This document shows positions 18,273 through 28,556 of a DNA stretch of 64,000 nucleotides, one piece after another. Numbering within the stretch: the first letter of the stretch is position 1; each line of letters opens with the position of its first letter. Below the pieces are notes generated by a model. That model was given only the letters and a program-made list of their open reading frames with translations, was not told the origin of the DNA and did no database searches. The position numbers and the translations under genes are program-made. The DNA is from Erysipelotrichaceae bacterium. Lineage in GTDB: Bacteria > Bacillota_I > Bacilli_A > RFN20 > CAG-449. The DNA lies in the NCBI GenBank assembly GCA_015059095.1, contig SVBA01000005.1, forward strand, positions 30,298 to 94,297, read 5' to 3'.

Positions 18273-20663
18273 CTATTTTCTTAATTCTGCTTTATATTCT
18301 TTAAATAATGCGTCTAAAATATTTCTTTCTGTTTCAGAAATAACTGAATCAACTAAAGTCTTAGTATCATCTTGATAAACAATAGAAATTGCGATTGATT
18401 TAGTTCCTTCTTCTAAGAATTCGCCTTGATATACGTCAAAGATTTGAACGTCTTTTACTAATGATTTACCAAACTTTTTAATAGTTCTAATAATATCACC
18501 AGCAAAAACATTTTCCTTAACTACTAAAGCAATATCTCTAGTAACAGATGGATATTTAGAAATTTGAGACATCTTAACTTGTGATGTTCTTAATTCTAAT
18601 AATTTAGTTAAATTTAGATTCAATATATATGTTTCTTTAAAATCTTTAGAAACACTAGGATGAACTTGACCACACACACCAACAATATCTTTACCAAGCA
18701 TAATCTTAGTACTTCTACCAGGATGATAATATTTTGAGTCAGTTAATCTTTCTTCTTTATATCTATTTTTGTCAATACCTAAAATAGTTAAAATAGATTC
18801 TAAAATACCATGGATATCATAGAAATCATATGGTCTTTTTTCTAATGAGCCTCTTAAAGATTTACTACCATTCAATGCGACAACTAATTCTTCATAATGT
18901 TGAGATTTAGTATCAATTGAAGCAACTTCGAATAATGCTAAATCTTTTTGTTGATGATCTAAGTTATATTTTACAATATCTAAAACTGATGAAACTAAAC
19001 CTCTTCTAACAATAGAATGTTCTACTGTCATCGGATTCATAATTACATAAGATTCATCTTTATTTAATAAAATGAACTCTTCACTCATCTTAGGAGAAAC
19101 CAAAGCATAAGTTAATACTTCATTTAATCCATGAGCAATTAAACTTTCTCTAATTTTCAAACGTTTTTGTTGACTTGGAGTATATCCTCCAGTTGTAGTA
19201 GGCATTAATGGTAATTGTGACTTAATCGCACCAAAACCAATATAACGAATAATTTCTTCACTTAAATCAGCATTTACCTTTAAATCAATACGATGATCAG
19301 GAGGTAAAGCAACAAAATTATCTCCATCAACATCAATTACTTTAATCATTAACTTAGTTAAGACATTTACAATTTCTTCTCTAGTAAATGATGTACCTAA
19401 TCTTTTATTAATATAAGAAACTGAACATTCAATTTGAGTTTCATTACCTTTTAAAGTAGAATATCTTACATTTTTTGAAACCACTTTCGCATCTGCAAGT
19501 TCAACTAATAATTGACATGCTAAATCTAAAACAAATTCATCTTGATATGGATTAATACCCTTAGCAAATCTAGCGCTTGATTCACTAGATAAACCTAATC
19601 TATTACCTGTTTGTCTAACTGTTGAACCTTTAAAATTAGCTGCTTCAATTGCAATATTTACTGTCTTATCATCAACTGCAACATTTAATAGACCCATAGT
19701 GCCTGCTAAACATACTGGAATATCATTATTAGTAACTACTAAGTCACCTTTTTCAACTTGATATTCTTTTTCATCTAAAGCTACTACTGGACCTTCATAA
19801 TCATTTTTAACAACAAAGTTGTTACCTTGTAATTTATCTAAATCGTACATATGTAATGGTTGACCTGTTAATAACATAACATAGTTACCAATATCAACGA
19901 TGTTATTAATTGATCTAACACCTTCTGCCATTAAGAATCTTTGCATCCACAATGGTGATTCTTTAGTAACAACATCTTTAACAACTTTAATTGAAAATTG
20001 AGGACAATCTGAAGTAGAACTACCACAAGTAATATTAGAATCAATTTCATCATATTTAATAGGAGTAGGAATATTTACTTCTCTATCAAATAAAGCACCT
20101 AATTCTTTAGCAATAGAATAAATTGCTAAACAGTCAGATCTATTTGCTAGTACATTAATATCGAAGACTACATCATCTAGTCCTAAATATTCTAATACTT
20201 CTTCATTACCAACAATCGCATCTTCAGGTAATTCTTCAATACCATTAATTTGTTCATCTCTTAAATATAATTTATCTACGCCTAATTCATTTAGTGCACA
20301 GCACATACCATTTGATTCGACACCTCTTTTTAAAGATTTGGAAATAGTAAAGCAATCTTTTCCAAGTACTGCTCCAGGTCTAGCAACAATTACCTTTAAC
20401 CCAACTCTTACATTAGGAGCGCCACAAACAATTTGTTCAACACCATATTTTTCACCCAAATTAACTTTTAAAACGTGCAAATGATCAGAATCTGGATGAT
20501 CCACAACTTCAACAATTTGACCAATAACTAAATTAGTAGCTTGAGCCAAAGAACTAACTTCTTCAACTTCTAAACCTGCGAAAGTTAATTTATTAGCAAT
20601 TTCACTAGGAGAAATACCATCTAAATTAACAAATTGTTTTAATAATTTATAACTTGCTAACAT
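18273..20663 (-). CDS. pheT: Phenylalanine-tRNA ligase beta subunit
   Basis: HPDSDHL.V, IVCGAPNV, ANRSDCL, INNIVDIGNYVM, PSVTRDIALVV; 796 aa. Confidence 0.97.
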   Translation of the reverse strand: MLASYKLLKQFVNLDGISPSEIANKLTFAGLEVEEVSSLAQATNLVIGQIVEVVDHPDSDHLHVLKVNLGEKYGVEQIVCGAPNVRVGLKVIVARPGAVLGKDCFTISKSLKRGVESNGMCCALNELGVDKLYLRDEQINGIEELPEDAIVGNEEVLEYLGLDDVVFDINVLANRSDCLAIYSIAKELGALFDREVNIPTPIKYDEIDSNITCGSSTSDCPQFSIKVVKDVVTKESPLWMQRFLMAEGVRSINNIVDIGNYVMLLTGQPLHMYDLDKLQGNNFVVKNDYEGPVVALDEKEYQVEKGDLVVTNNDIPVCLAGTMGLLNVAVDDKTVNIAIEAANFKGSTVRQTGNRLGLSSESSARFAKGINPYQDEFVLDLACQLLVELADAKVVSKNVRYSTLKGNETQIECSVSYINKRLGTSFTREEIVNVLTKLMIKVIDVDGDNFVALPPDHRIDLKVNADLSEEIIRYIGFGAIKSQLPLMPTTTGGYTPSQQKRLKIRESLIAHGLNEVLTYALVSPKMSEEFILLNKDESYVIMNPMTVEHSIVRRGLVSSVLDIVKYNLDHQQKDLALFEVASIDTKSQHYEELVVALNGSKSLRGSLEKRPYDFYDIHGILESILTILGIDKNRYKEERLTDSKYYHPGRSTKIMLGKDIVGVCGQVHPSVSKDFKETYILNLNLTKLLELRTSQVKMSQISKYPSVTRDIALVVKENVFAGDIIRTIKKFGKSLVKDVQIFDVYQGEFLEEGTKSIAISIVYQDDTKTLVDSVISETERNILDALFKEYKAELRK

Positions 20664-20674
20664 AATTTTCCCTC

Positions 20675-21706
20675 CTATTCTTTTGTAAATTGAGATAAGA
20701 ATCTCTTATCATTTTGATAAAATTTTCTAATATCATCAATTCCATATTTTAACATCGCAACTCTTTCAATACCGATACCAAAAGCAAATCCTTGATAAAC
20801 CTTAGTATCAAAACCACACATCTCTAAAACATTAGGATGAACCATACCAGCACCTAAAACTTCAATCCAACCAGTACCTTTACATAATTTACAGCCTTTT
20901 CCTCCACATTCAAAACATGAAATATCAGCTTCAACAGATGGTTCAGTAAATGGGAAATAAGATGATCTCATTCTTACTTGACGCTTTTCACCAAACATCG
21001 ATCTAGCAAATAATTCTAATGTAGATAATAAGTTACCCATATTGACATTTGAATCGATTACTAAACCTTCAATTTGTCCAAATTGATGAGAGTGAGTAGC
21101 ATCATCATCTCTTCTATATACTTTACCTGGAGAAATTATCTTAATTGGCCCAACACCATTTTTTGATAACATGACATGAGCTTGAACTGGAGAAGTTTGG
21201 CTTCTCATTAAGTGAGTTTCATCAATATAAAATGAATCTTGCATATCTCTAGCAGGATGACCTTTTGGTACATTTAATAATTCAAAATTGAAATGATCTA
21301 ATTCAACTTCAGGACCTTCAACAATATCATATCCCATACCAATAAAAATACGTGATACTTCATCAACAATTAAATTAAATGGATGTTTACTACCTTTAGT
21401 ATAATCAGATGAAGGTAAAGTAAAGTCAACAACTTCTTTAGCTAGTTTTTCTTGTAATTTTTTTTCTTCTAAAGATAATCTAGTTTCTTCAACCTTTTGA
21501 GTAATATCCATTTTAATTGAGTTAATTAGTTGACCAAATTTTGCTCTTTCTTCTCCTTGTAAATCTTTCATTTTTGACATTGATTGCATGAGTTCACTTT
21601 TCTTAGAAAGATAAGTATTACGAATATTTTGTAATTCTTCCATAGATGAGACTTTTGAAAGTTCTTCTAAAGCTAGTTCATGAATTTGATGTAATCTTTC
21701 ATTCAT
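20675..21706 (-). CDS. pheS: Phenylalanine-tRNA ligase alpha subunit
   Basis: HPARDMQDSFY, GKVYRRDDDATHSHQF, YFPFTEPS, GFAFGIGIERVAML. Confidence 0.97.
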   Translation of the reverse strand: MNERLHQIHELALEELSKVSSMEELQNIRNTYLSKKSELMQSMSKMKDLQGEERAKFGQLINSIKMDITQKVEETRLSLEEKKLQEKLAKEVVDFTLPSSDYTKGSKHPFNLIVDEVSRIFIGMGYDIVEGPEVELDHFNFELLNVPKGHPARDMQDSFYIDETHLMRSQTSPVQAHVMLSKNGVGPIKIISPGKVYRRDDDATHSHQFGQIEGLVIDSNVNMGNLLSTLELFARSMFGEKRQVRMRSSYFPFTEPSVEADISCFECGGKGCKLCKGTGWIEVLGAGMVHPNVLEMCGFDTKVYQGFAFGIGIERVAMLKYGIDDIRKFYQNDKRFLSQFTKE

Positions 21707-21800
21707 AAAAAACCTCCATTAGTTAATTTATTAACTATTTTTAATAAAATCATAAATATAATAACACTTCTAGATAATTAATTAAAACTAATATTTTATA

Positions 21801-21832
21801 AAAAAAGAAAAAAGATGTATTAATACATCTAT
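21801..21832 (-). terminator. Terminator after sigG
   Basis: AGATGTATT/AATACATCT hairpin plus T run. Confidence 0.7.
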
Positions 21833-21850
21833 TTTCAACAAATTTAATTT

Positions 21851-22630
21851 TTAAAGAACATATTTTTTTAAATATGTTAAAGCATTTTTTTCAAGTCTTG
21901 ATACTTGTGCTTGACTAATATTAAATTCTTCTGCAATCTCTACTTGAGACATACCTTCATAATATCTTTTCTTAATTATTCTTTTTTCCATATCATCTAA
22001 ATTTTCAATACCTTGTTTTAATGATAAGTAAACTATCATTTTTTCATGTTCATTTGGGTGATTTGGAACTACATCCTGAAGTAAAATCGAATCGTCAAAA
22101 TCATTATATATTGGTTCATTTAAACTACTTAATGGCATTGTTGATTCTATTGCTTCTAATATCTGATATTCAGAAACATTTAGTATCTTGCCAATTTCAC
22201 TATTATCAGGAACTCTACCAAATTCGTTAATATAATTCTCTTTTTCTTTCATGAAATGATACGCTAAGTCCTTTATTTGTCTAGATACTCTTAAAAAGGA
22301 TGAGTCTCTTAAATATCTTCTAATTTCTCCTTCAATCATTGGAACTGCATAAGTAGAAAATTTAACATCTTGACTAACATCAAAATTGTTAATTGCTTTT
22401 ATTAGACCTATTGTTCCAATTTGAAATAAGTCGTCTAAATTATCATATCTTCTAGAGAATTTATTTACTATTGATAAAACCAATTTCAAATTTCCAATTA
22501 CTACTTCATCGAAAAATTCTTTTTCATTATTTATTCGATACATTTTCAATAATTCTAATGTTTTTTCACTAGATATTGATTTAATTTTACTTGTTTCTAT
22601 TCCTACTATTTCTACCTTATTTTTAGCCAA
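21851..22630 (-). CDS. sigG: Forespore sigma factor SigG
   Basis: TTG start at 22630 after AAGGAG gives MAKNKVEIVGIETSKI (cf. SigG N-terminus); DDLFQIGTIGLIKAINNFD, YAVPMIEGEIRRYLRD, SQAQVSRLEK. Confidence 0.85.
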   Translation of the reverse strand: MAKNKVEIVGIETSKIKSISSEKTLELLKMYRINNEKEFFDEVVIGNLKLVLSIVNKFSRRYDNLDDLFQIGTIGLIKAINNFDVSQDVKFSTYAVPMIEGEIRRYLRDSSFLRVSRQIKDLAYHFMKEKENYINEFGRVPDNSEIGKILNVSEYQILEAIESTMPLSSLNEPIYNDFDDSILLQDVVPNHPNEHEKMIVYLSLKQGIENLDDMEKRIIKKRYYEGMSQVEIAEEFNISQAQVSRLEKNALTYLKKYVL

Positions 22631-22715
22631 TTTAAAAAATCTCCTTTTCAAGATTATTATTGGACAAAAACAATTTTTAATACAAAAAAGCACCAGATTT
22701 ACTGATGCTAATTAA

Positions 22716-23273
22716 TTATCTTTTTCTAAAAATTTCGTGTTTTAAATGGAATAATTCATCCATAAAGTTATTCATTTCTTCAAAGAGCTTCGCATGAGAT
22801 GTGTAATATTTAATATTACGGCTAGTTGAGAAATTAATTGTAATAGATAAGCGTCTTGTTGACAAATAAATAATTAAGAAGATTAAGAATAATACTAAGC
22901 CTCCTCCTGCTACTCCAAGAGCAACATATAAATTATTTTCTAATAATAGATATAAAGGATAAGCAGCAACACCACAAACAACCAAAAAGAAAATTGCTAA
23001 AAATAGTAAAATAGGTTTAGAAACTTTTTTAACTTGTGTAGATTCAATTTCATCCAAAGCCACTAAAGTTTTTTCTTTAGTAGTACCGCTTCTTCTTCTA
23101 ACAACTAAGCAGTCTTCGTTAGCGTCAAAAGTTAAATTTTCAATTCTAATTCTTTTATTAATTTTTGTTTTTGGTTCCATAGAATATTCACTACTTACAG
23201 GAATATTATCTGGTTTTTTCTCTTGTTTGACATCAAAGTCAAAATCTAAATCTTCTCTTCTTTTATTCTTCAT
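22716..23273 (-). CDS. Hypothetical membrane protein (central TM hairpin)
   Basis: 185 aa with two central hydrophobic helices; followed by a terminator hairpin at about 22686-22712. Confidence 0.55.
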   Translation of the reverse strand: MKNKRREDLDFDFDVKQEKKPDNIPVSSEYSMEPKTKINKRIRIENLTFDANEDCLVVRRRSGTTKEKTLVALDEIESTQVKKVSKPILLFLAIFFLVVCGVAAYPLYLLLENNLYVALGVAGGGLVLFLIFLIIYLSTRRLSITINFSTSRNIKYYTSHAKLFEEMNNFMDELFHLKHEIFRKR

Positions 23274-23333
23274 AACAAAATCCTCTTATCTTATTTTACT
23301 CAACAAGAACTAAATATTCAATAAAATATTTAA

Positions 23334-24434
23334 TTATCTACTTTGATTTACCCCGATTGCACCTAAAATTAATTCTCTAGAGATAATTTTATCTTTTGCC
23401 AAGTATAAAATTAACGCTGCTATGAGTTTTCTACTATCAACAGGTAATTTTAAAAATTGTCTTAAAGCCTTATGTGGTCTTTTCGCCATCTCTGTTAAAG
23501 TTATCGATCCTCCTGCTGCCATTACCTCAAATAAATAATGAACAAATTCTTTAGATTTTTCTTCACTCAAAGAATCCATAATATCATCAATTTTTTGTTT
23601 CATTAAATTACTTTGAATATTAAATTCTTCCACTTCCTGGAATGAAACTTTCCCTCTACTAAATTCCCATGACATAGGATCATGTTGTTGTAATCCTCGA
23701 TAGGTAGAATAAATTATTTTTGGCTCTACTGGAGAAAAAAATAATCTTCCGATAATTCCTCCTTGAGGAATAATGTGAGAAATTTTATCTAATCTATCTT
23801 GTGGAATCGCTTCACAAATCTTTTTATTTAAACCTGGTCCATCATATGAGATAACTTTTTTTACTTTATCTTTAATAGAATCATCACAGAAACTATAAGC
23901 ATAAATAGCTTCCATTCCACCTTTAGAATGACCAACAATATAAAACTCATTTAATTCAGCACCAACTTTATTTAAATAATCTAAACTATGTTTTAAACAT
24001 GGAATATCTGTTGTATACATCATCTTAAAATCTTCTTTCCACCCAACAATAGTATCATCAGTACCTGAAAAAACAACAACTGACAACGAATCATCAATAT
24101 CAACGATTAATGAAGTAGCCTGAGTCTCACTAATGTGATCGATAATAGAATGGAAAGTGTGAATTTTTAAAGAAGAAAATCTTTTAGTTTTGCTCGCTCT
24201 ATATAACATTTTTGTGATATTTGAGTTAATAATTAGACCTAATTGATTTAATTCATGAACCCTTACATGTCTACTTAAACAATGAAAAAAATCTCTTTTC
24301 CCCTTTTTTGGAAAACTAACATTACAATCGAGCATTGGAAGCATAGATAAAATTACACCATCTAACTCATTAAATGGCAATTCATTAAAAGATAAATTTT
24401 GGCAATAATCTAAATAATTGTGTAAGTTTCCCAT
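23334..24434 (-). CDS. DUF2974/Mbeg1-like alpha/beta hydrolase
   Basis: FSGTDDTIVGWKEDF, GHSKGG nucleophile elbow, YDGPG, QHDPMSW. Confidence 0.85.
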   Translation of the reverse strand: MGNLHNYLDYCQNLSFNELPFNELDGVILSMLPMLDCNVSFPKKGKRDFFHCLSRHVRVHELNQLGLIINSNITKMLYRASKTKRFSSLKIHTFHSIIDHISETQATSLIVDIDDSLSVVVFSGTDDTIVGWKEDFKMMYTTDIPCLKHSLDYLNKVGAELNEFYIVGHSKGGMEAIYAYSFCDDSIKDKVKKVISYDGPGLNKKICEAIPQDRLDKISHIIPQGGIIGRLFFSPVEPKIIYSTYRGLQQHDPMSWEFSRGKVSFQEVEEFNIQSNLMKQKIDDIMDSLSEEKSKEFVHYLFEVMAAGGSITLTEMAKRPHKALRQFLKLPVDSRKLIAALILYLAKDKIISRELILGAIGVNQSR

Positions 24435-24480
24435 ATTTACTCCTAATATTATTATAATATTAAATTTTTAAAAAATAAAC

Positions 24481-24720
24481 TCAACATTTTAATTTAAATG
24501 AATATATTTTTTCTTCTATTTTTTGCCTTTTCCCGCAAAATGCCATAACATAACCTGATATAAAATCAATTATTCTATAACTAGTTTTTACATCTACTAA
24601 ACTTACATTTACTATCACTTCATTACCATTTTTTAATAAATTCAATATTTCTTCTAAATCTTCATAATTTTTATATAATATAACCTTAGGAGTTATAAAA
24701 TTCTTTTTTACTCTAGTCAT
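24481..24720 (-). CDS. sepF: Minimal SepF (FtsZ-binding core only)
   Basis: LKNGNEVIVNV...RIIDFISGYVMAF.G...KI SepF core; 79 aa. Confidence 0.8.
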   Translation of the reverse strand: MTRVKKNFITPKVILYKNYEDLEEILNLLKNGNEVIVNVSLVDVKTSYRIIDFISGYVMAFCGKRQKIEEKIYSFKLKC

Positions 24721-24721
24721 A

Positions 24722-25417
24722 TCATTTTTTAATAGTAGAATGTAATTTCTTTAGAATCTTTTTTTCAAGTCGAGAAATATAAGATTGCGATATACCAAGA
24801 AGTTCTGCTGTTTCTTTTTGTGTCAATTCATCTCTACCATTAAGTCCATAACGATATTCAATTATTTCTTTTTCTCTTTCATTTAATACATTTAATGCTA
24901 CTTCTAAATTATCAACATCTTCTTGATAATCAATTTCATCAAATATAGTTGTACCATTATCTTGAAGAATATCTTGTAATAATAATTCATTACCGTCATA
25001 ATCAGCTTTCAATGGTTCATCTAATGACACTTCAAGTTTTGTTCTTTGAAATTTCCTAAGGTGCATTAATATCTCATTTTCAATACATCTAGAAGCATAT
25101 GTTGCTAGTTTAATATTCTTATCTAATTTATACGTATTAATCGCTTTTATTAATCCAATTGTTCCAATTGAGATTAAATCCTCTAAATTAGTAATATTAG
25201 TATCATATCTTTTAGCAACATAAACTACTAATCTTAAATTATGTTCAATCAATTGATTTCTTGCATCGATATCACCAGTTTCATTATATTTACTAACTAA
25301 TAAATCCTCTTCTTCTTTTGAAAGGGGTGGTAATAAATTTTCATTACCAGTAATATAGTAGTTTGTCGAACTAATTTTAAATAAACTCATTAACTTATTT
25401 ATCAAACTTTTAATCAT
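24722..25417 (-). CDS. sigE: Mother-cell sigma factor pro-SigE
   Basis: Pro-sequence then YYITGNENLLPPLSKEEE, LIEHNLRLVVYVAKRY, KLATYASRCIENEILM, GISQSYISRLEK; downstream of spoIIGA. Confidence 0.93.
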   Translation of the reverse strand: MIKSLINKLMSLFKISSTNYYITGNENLLPPLSKEEEDLLVSKYNETGDIDARNQLIEHNLRLVVYVAKRYDTNITNLEDLISIGTIGLIKAINTYKLDKNIKLATYASRCIENEILMHLRKFQRTKLEVSLDEPLKADYDGNELLLQDILQDNGTTIFDEIDYQEDVDNLEVALNVLNEREKEIIEYRYGLNGRDELTQKETAELLGISQSYISRLEKKILKKLHSTIKK

Positions 25418-25426
25418 ATGTCCTCC

Positions 25427-26170
25427 TTAATTTATATAAGCGTTTAATAATATTTCACATCCATTGAAGTCCTTTGTATCTACCAAAGCAACATATACAT
25501 AATAAGATTCTTTCTTATCTTCTATTGATAAAAGGCATTCTTGGACATCAATAAGACTTTGATTATTGATCGATTCAATTTCAACTTTTATCTTTTTATC
25601 TACTTCAAATAAGTATTTATCTTTATTGATAAAGATAACTGGTACATCATTATGTTTTAAAGTATTTCCAGAATCATAATAACCGGTGTAATACACTTTT
25701 TTATTATTTTTTAATAAATAACATGTTGTTTTATAATTGTGTAACCTAAATAAACTATCGACTAGCTTAATAGACAATATTAGTGAAATTAAAAATATTG
25801 GTCCAAATAAATAAGACAACATTCCCTTAGGAGAATTAATAGTCAATATAAAGTTATAACATGAATTATAAATAGACAATTTATCTATTATAAAAGTTAA
25901 TAATGAATATATAAATAAATATAAGAATAAACTTTTAAAGTAATTTTCTTTAAAAATCATTAATAAAAAAATACTTATGAAGACAAAGTAAATTAATATA
26001 GATAAATATATATTTAAATACACCAAATAAATTGAAAATCCTACTAATACTGTGAAGATTACTTCTAAATAAATTTTACTTTTTACTATTAATAAAGACT
26101 TAGCAAAATATAAAGAAGTATACCCTAATACAATTTGAAGTAAAAATGACAAATCCATATAGATGTTCAT
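25427..26170 (-). CDS. spoIIGA: Pro-sigma-E processing aspartic protease SpoIIGA
   Basis: About 5 TM helices then YDSGN catalytic motif; between ftsZ and sigE; likely start MNIYMD at 26170. Confidence 0.8.
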   Translation of the reverse strand: MNIYMDLSFLLQIVLGYTSLYFAKSLLIVKSKIYLEVIFTVLVGFSIYLVYLNIYLSILIYFVFISIFLLMIFKENYFKSLFLYLFIYSLLTFIIDKLSIYNSCYNFILTINSPKGMLSYLFGPIFLISLILSIKLVDSLFRLHNYKTTCYLLKNNKKVYYTGYYDSGNTLKHNDVPVIFINKDKYLFEVDKKIKVEIESINNQSLIDVQECLLSIEDKKESYYVYVALVDTKDFNGCEILLNAYIN

Positions 26171-26196
26171 ATTATCACCGAATAAATTAAAGCACA

Positions 26197-26222
26197 AAAA
26201 AAGTGCGAAAATTGTCGCACTT
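26197..26222 (-). terminator. Terminator after ftsZ
   Basis: AGTGCGA-caattt-TCGCACT plus T7. Confidence 0.7.
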
Positions 26223-26232
26223 AGTATTCTAA

Positions 26233-27330
26233 TTAATTTTCTGAATTTATATCTGAGAAGAAGTCAGGTAAGATAGAAGTTTTTGATGTTGAAACATGAA
26301 CTTCTTCTTCCACTTTTGGTTCTTCAACTGGTGTTCTAGTTTGTCTAACCATTGGAGTAGGATCACTTGGAACATAATCTTCATCAAATTCAGTAGCGAT
26401 TACACTAATTAACATTTCATCATGAAGTTCAGGATTTTGTTGAACACCAAAGATAATGTTAACATTTGCACCAGCAGCTTCAGTAATATATGAAATTGCT
26501 TCTTGAGTTTCATCAAGAGTAACTCCTGATCCACCAGTAACATTAATAATTGCTGAATGAGCGCCTTTAATAGAAGCTTCAAGTAATGGTGAAGCGATTG
26601 CACTAGTAGCAGCATCCATAGCCTTATTTGGACCACTACCAGAACCAAATCCAATAAGAGCTAATCCTTTACCTTCTAAAGTAGCCTTAACATCAGCAAA
26701 GTCTAAGTTAATTAATCCAGGTAATAAAATTAAATCAGTAATTGTTTTAACAGATTGAGATAATACTCTATCAGATTCAGCAAAAGCATCTGCAATAGAT
26801 TTATTACCATTCATCATCATTAATTTATCATTAGAAACAACAATAATTGAGTCTACTTCATTTTTAAGTTTATTTAATCCTTCAACAGCCTTTACTTTTC
26901 TAGAATTACCTTCAAAACTGAATGGTCTAGTGACGATAGCGATAGTTAATGCACCTGCTTCACGAGCAATTTTAGCAACAATTGGAGCAGCACCAGTACC
27001 AGTTCCTCCTCCCATACCAGCGGCAATAAATACCATATTAGCGCCTTGAACAATTTCTTTTAAATCTTCAATAGAAGCTTCAGCAGCATTTTTACCAATT
27101 TCTGGATTTCCTCCTGCACCTAAACCTTTAGTGTAATCTCTTCCTAATACATATCGATGTTCAGCTTGAGACGTTGCTAAAGCTTGCGCATCAGTATTAA
27201 CAACCCAGAATTCAATACTTTGAATTTGGTCTTCAATCATTTGATTTACTGCATTATTACCTGCACCACCAACACCAATTACTACAATTTTTGCATAGCT
27301 TTCAAAAGCATCAAAATTAAATTCTTGCAT
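26233..27330 (-). CDS. ftsZ: Cell division protein FtsZ
   Basis: GVGGAGNNAVN, GLGAGGNPEIG, GMGGGTGTGAAP tubulin signature, INLDFADV. Confidence 0.98.
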   Translation of the reverse strand: MQEFNFDAFESYAKIVVIGVGGAGNNAVNQMIEDQIQSIEFWVVNTDAQALATSQAEHRYVLGRDYTKGLGAGGNPEIGKNAAEASIEDLKEIVQGANMVFIAAGMGGGTGTGAAPIVAKIAREAGALTIAIVTRPFSFEGNSRKVKAVEGLNKLKNEVDSIIVVSNDKLMMMNGNKSIADAFAESDRVLSQSVKTITDLILLPGLINLDFADVKATLEGKGLALIGFGSGSGPNKAMDAATSAIASPLLEASIKGAHSAIINVTGGSGVTLDETQEAISYITEAAGANVNIIFGVQQNPELHDEMLISVIATEFDEDYVPSDPTPMVRQTRTPVEEPKVEEEVHVSTSKTSILPDFFSDINSEN

Positions 27331-27341
27331 ATTCTTTCCTC

Positions 27342-28556
27342 CTATAGTTCTTCATGAACATTGTATGAATGTCTTCTAGAGTCTTTTGATTGTACTCTAG
27401 AAATTGTTGTTTGAGCAAATTCATCATCTGCTTCCATTGGGATAAACTTATCCGCATATTTTATTAAACCCAAACAGTTTTGATATGATTTATCTCTTGC
27501 TCCAAAACTATAAGGTGTCGCATCAATAATTGTAACTTGTAGTTCTTTTTCAAGAAGTTCTTTTAATCCATTTAACTTAGTTCCCCCACCGGTTAAAACG
27601 ATAGGTAAATATCTAGAATCATTACTTGACCAAGTAGCAATTTGTTTTTTTATCGCGGTAATTAAAGGATCAACAGCTTCTCTAATAGTCGTTGAAATAT
27701 CTTTAATAGTTAGTCCATTATAGACATTAACTTTAAATGATGGTTCATGATCCATTCCATATTTTTCTTTCAATACTTTAGCTTCTTTAGTAGAAAGATT
27801 TAATCTTTCTGCCATATATTCAGTTATTCGATCACTACCAAATTTAAAACAACCACTTTGAGATATTAAATTACGATGAGTAATTTGAGTTAATGATGTA
27901 ATTTCACTACCGATATTCAATAGATAATATGATGCAGAAGTTGTTGTTACTTGTTCATTATCTTGTAGATAAAGTGCAGTTGCAAATGGAGCTACTACCA
28001 TTTGTCTTACTTTTACCCCAGCATTTTCAATTACTTTTAAATAACCATCAACCAAATTTCTATCTAAAGCATAAATAGAAGCATGAACAGTTAATGTTTC
28101 ACTAGTTCTACCAATAGGTGCTTCATAATGATTTTCATGATTTTCTAAAGTATATGAATATGGAACCACATCAATAATTTTTAAATTTTCTGATAATCTA
28201 ACTTTCTTTAATTGGGAGATACAGTTATTAATATCAATTTGAGCAATTTTATTATCTAAAGAGATTGTATTAGTTATTGCATTTTCTCTAATGAATACTA
28301 AACCCATTGGAGGTAAAGCTAAAACTACCTCTCTAATTTTGATATTTAACATTTCATTAGCAGCATTAATAACTCCTTTAATTGCTGCAGTTAGCGCATC
28401 TGATTCTACAACGAATCCAGCGTCTAAAGCATTAACATTAGACTCTAAAGCGTGTAAAACATAAACTAAACCATCTAATGCATATCCATGAACTAATCTT
28501 ACTGTTTTACTAGAAATCTCTAAAGCAGTATATCTTTTAATTTCACTATTAGACAT
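27342..28556 (-). CDS. ftsA: Cell division protein FtsA (divergent)
   Basis: Actin-like fold motifs (LEISSKTVR, LNIGSEIT, IVLTGGGTKLNGL); immediately upstream of ftsZ. Confidence 0.85.
   Translation of the reverse strand: MSNSEIKRYTALEISSKTVRLVHGYALDGLVYVLHALESNVNALDAGFVVESDALTAAIKGVINAANEMLNIKIREVVLALPPMGLVFIRENAITNTISLDNKIAQIDINNCISQLKKVRLSENLKIIDVVPYSYTLENHENHYEAPIGRTSETLTVHASIYALDRNLVDGYLKVIENAGVKVRQMVVAPFATALYLQDNEQVTTTSASYYLLNIGSEITSLTQITHRNLISQSGCFKFGSDRITEYMAERLNLSTKEAKVLKEKYGMDHEPSFKVNVYNGLTIKDISTTIREAVDPLITAIKKQIATWSSNDSRYLPIVLTGGGTKLNGLKELLEKELQVTIIDATPYSFGARDKSYQNCLGLIKYADKFIPMEADDEFAQTTISRVQSKDSRRHSYNVHEEL

Noticed and set aside
26201-26220. TGTCGCA in the ftsZ terminator as a Spo0A box for spoIIG
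   Set aside because: A single one-mismatch 7-mer, fully explained by the terminator stem.
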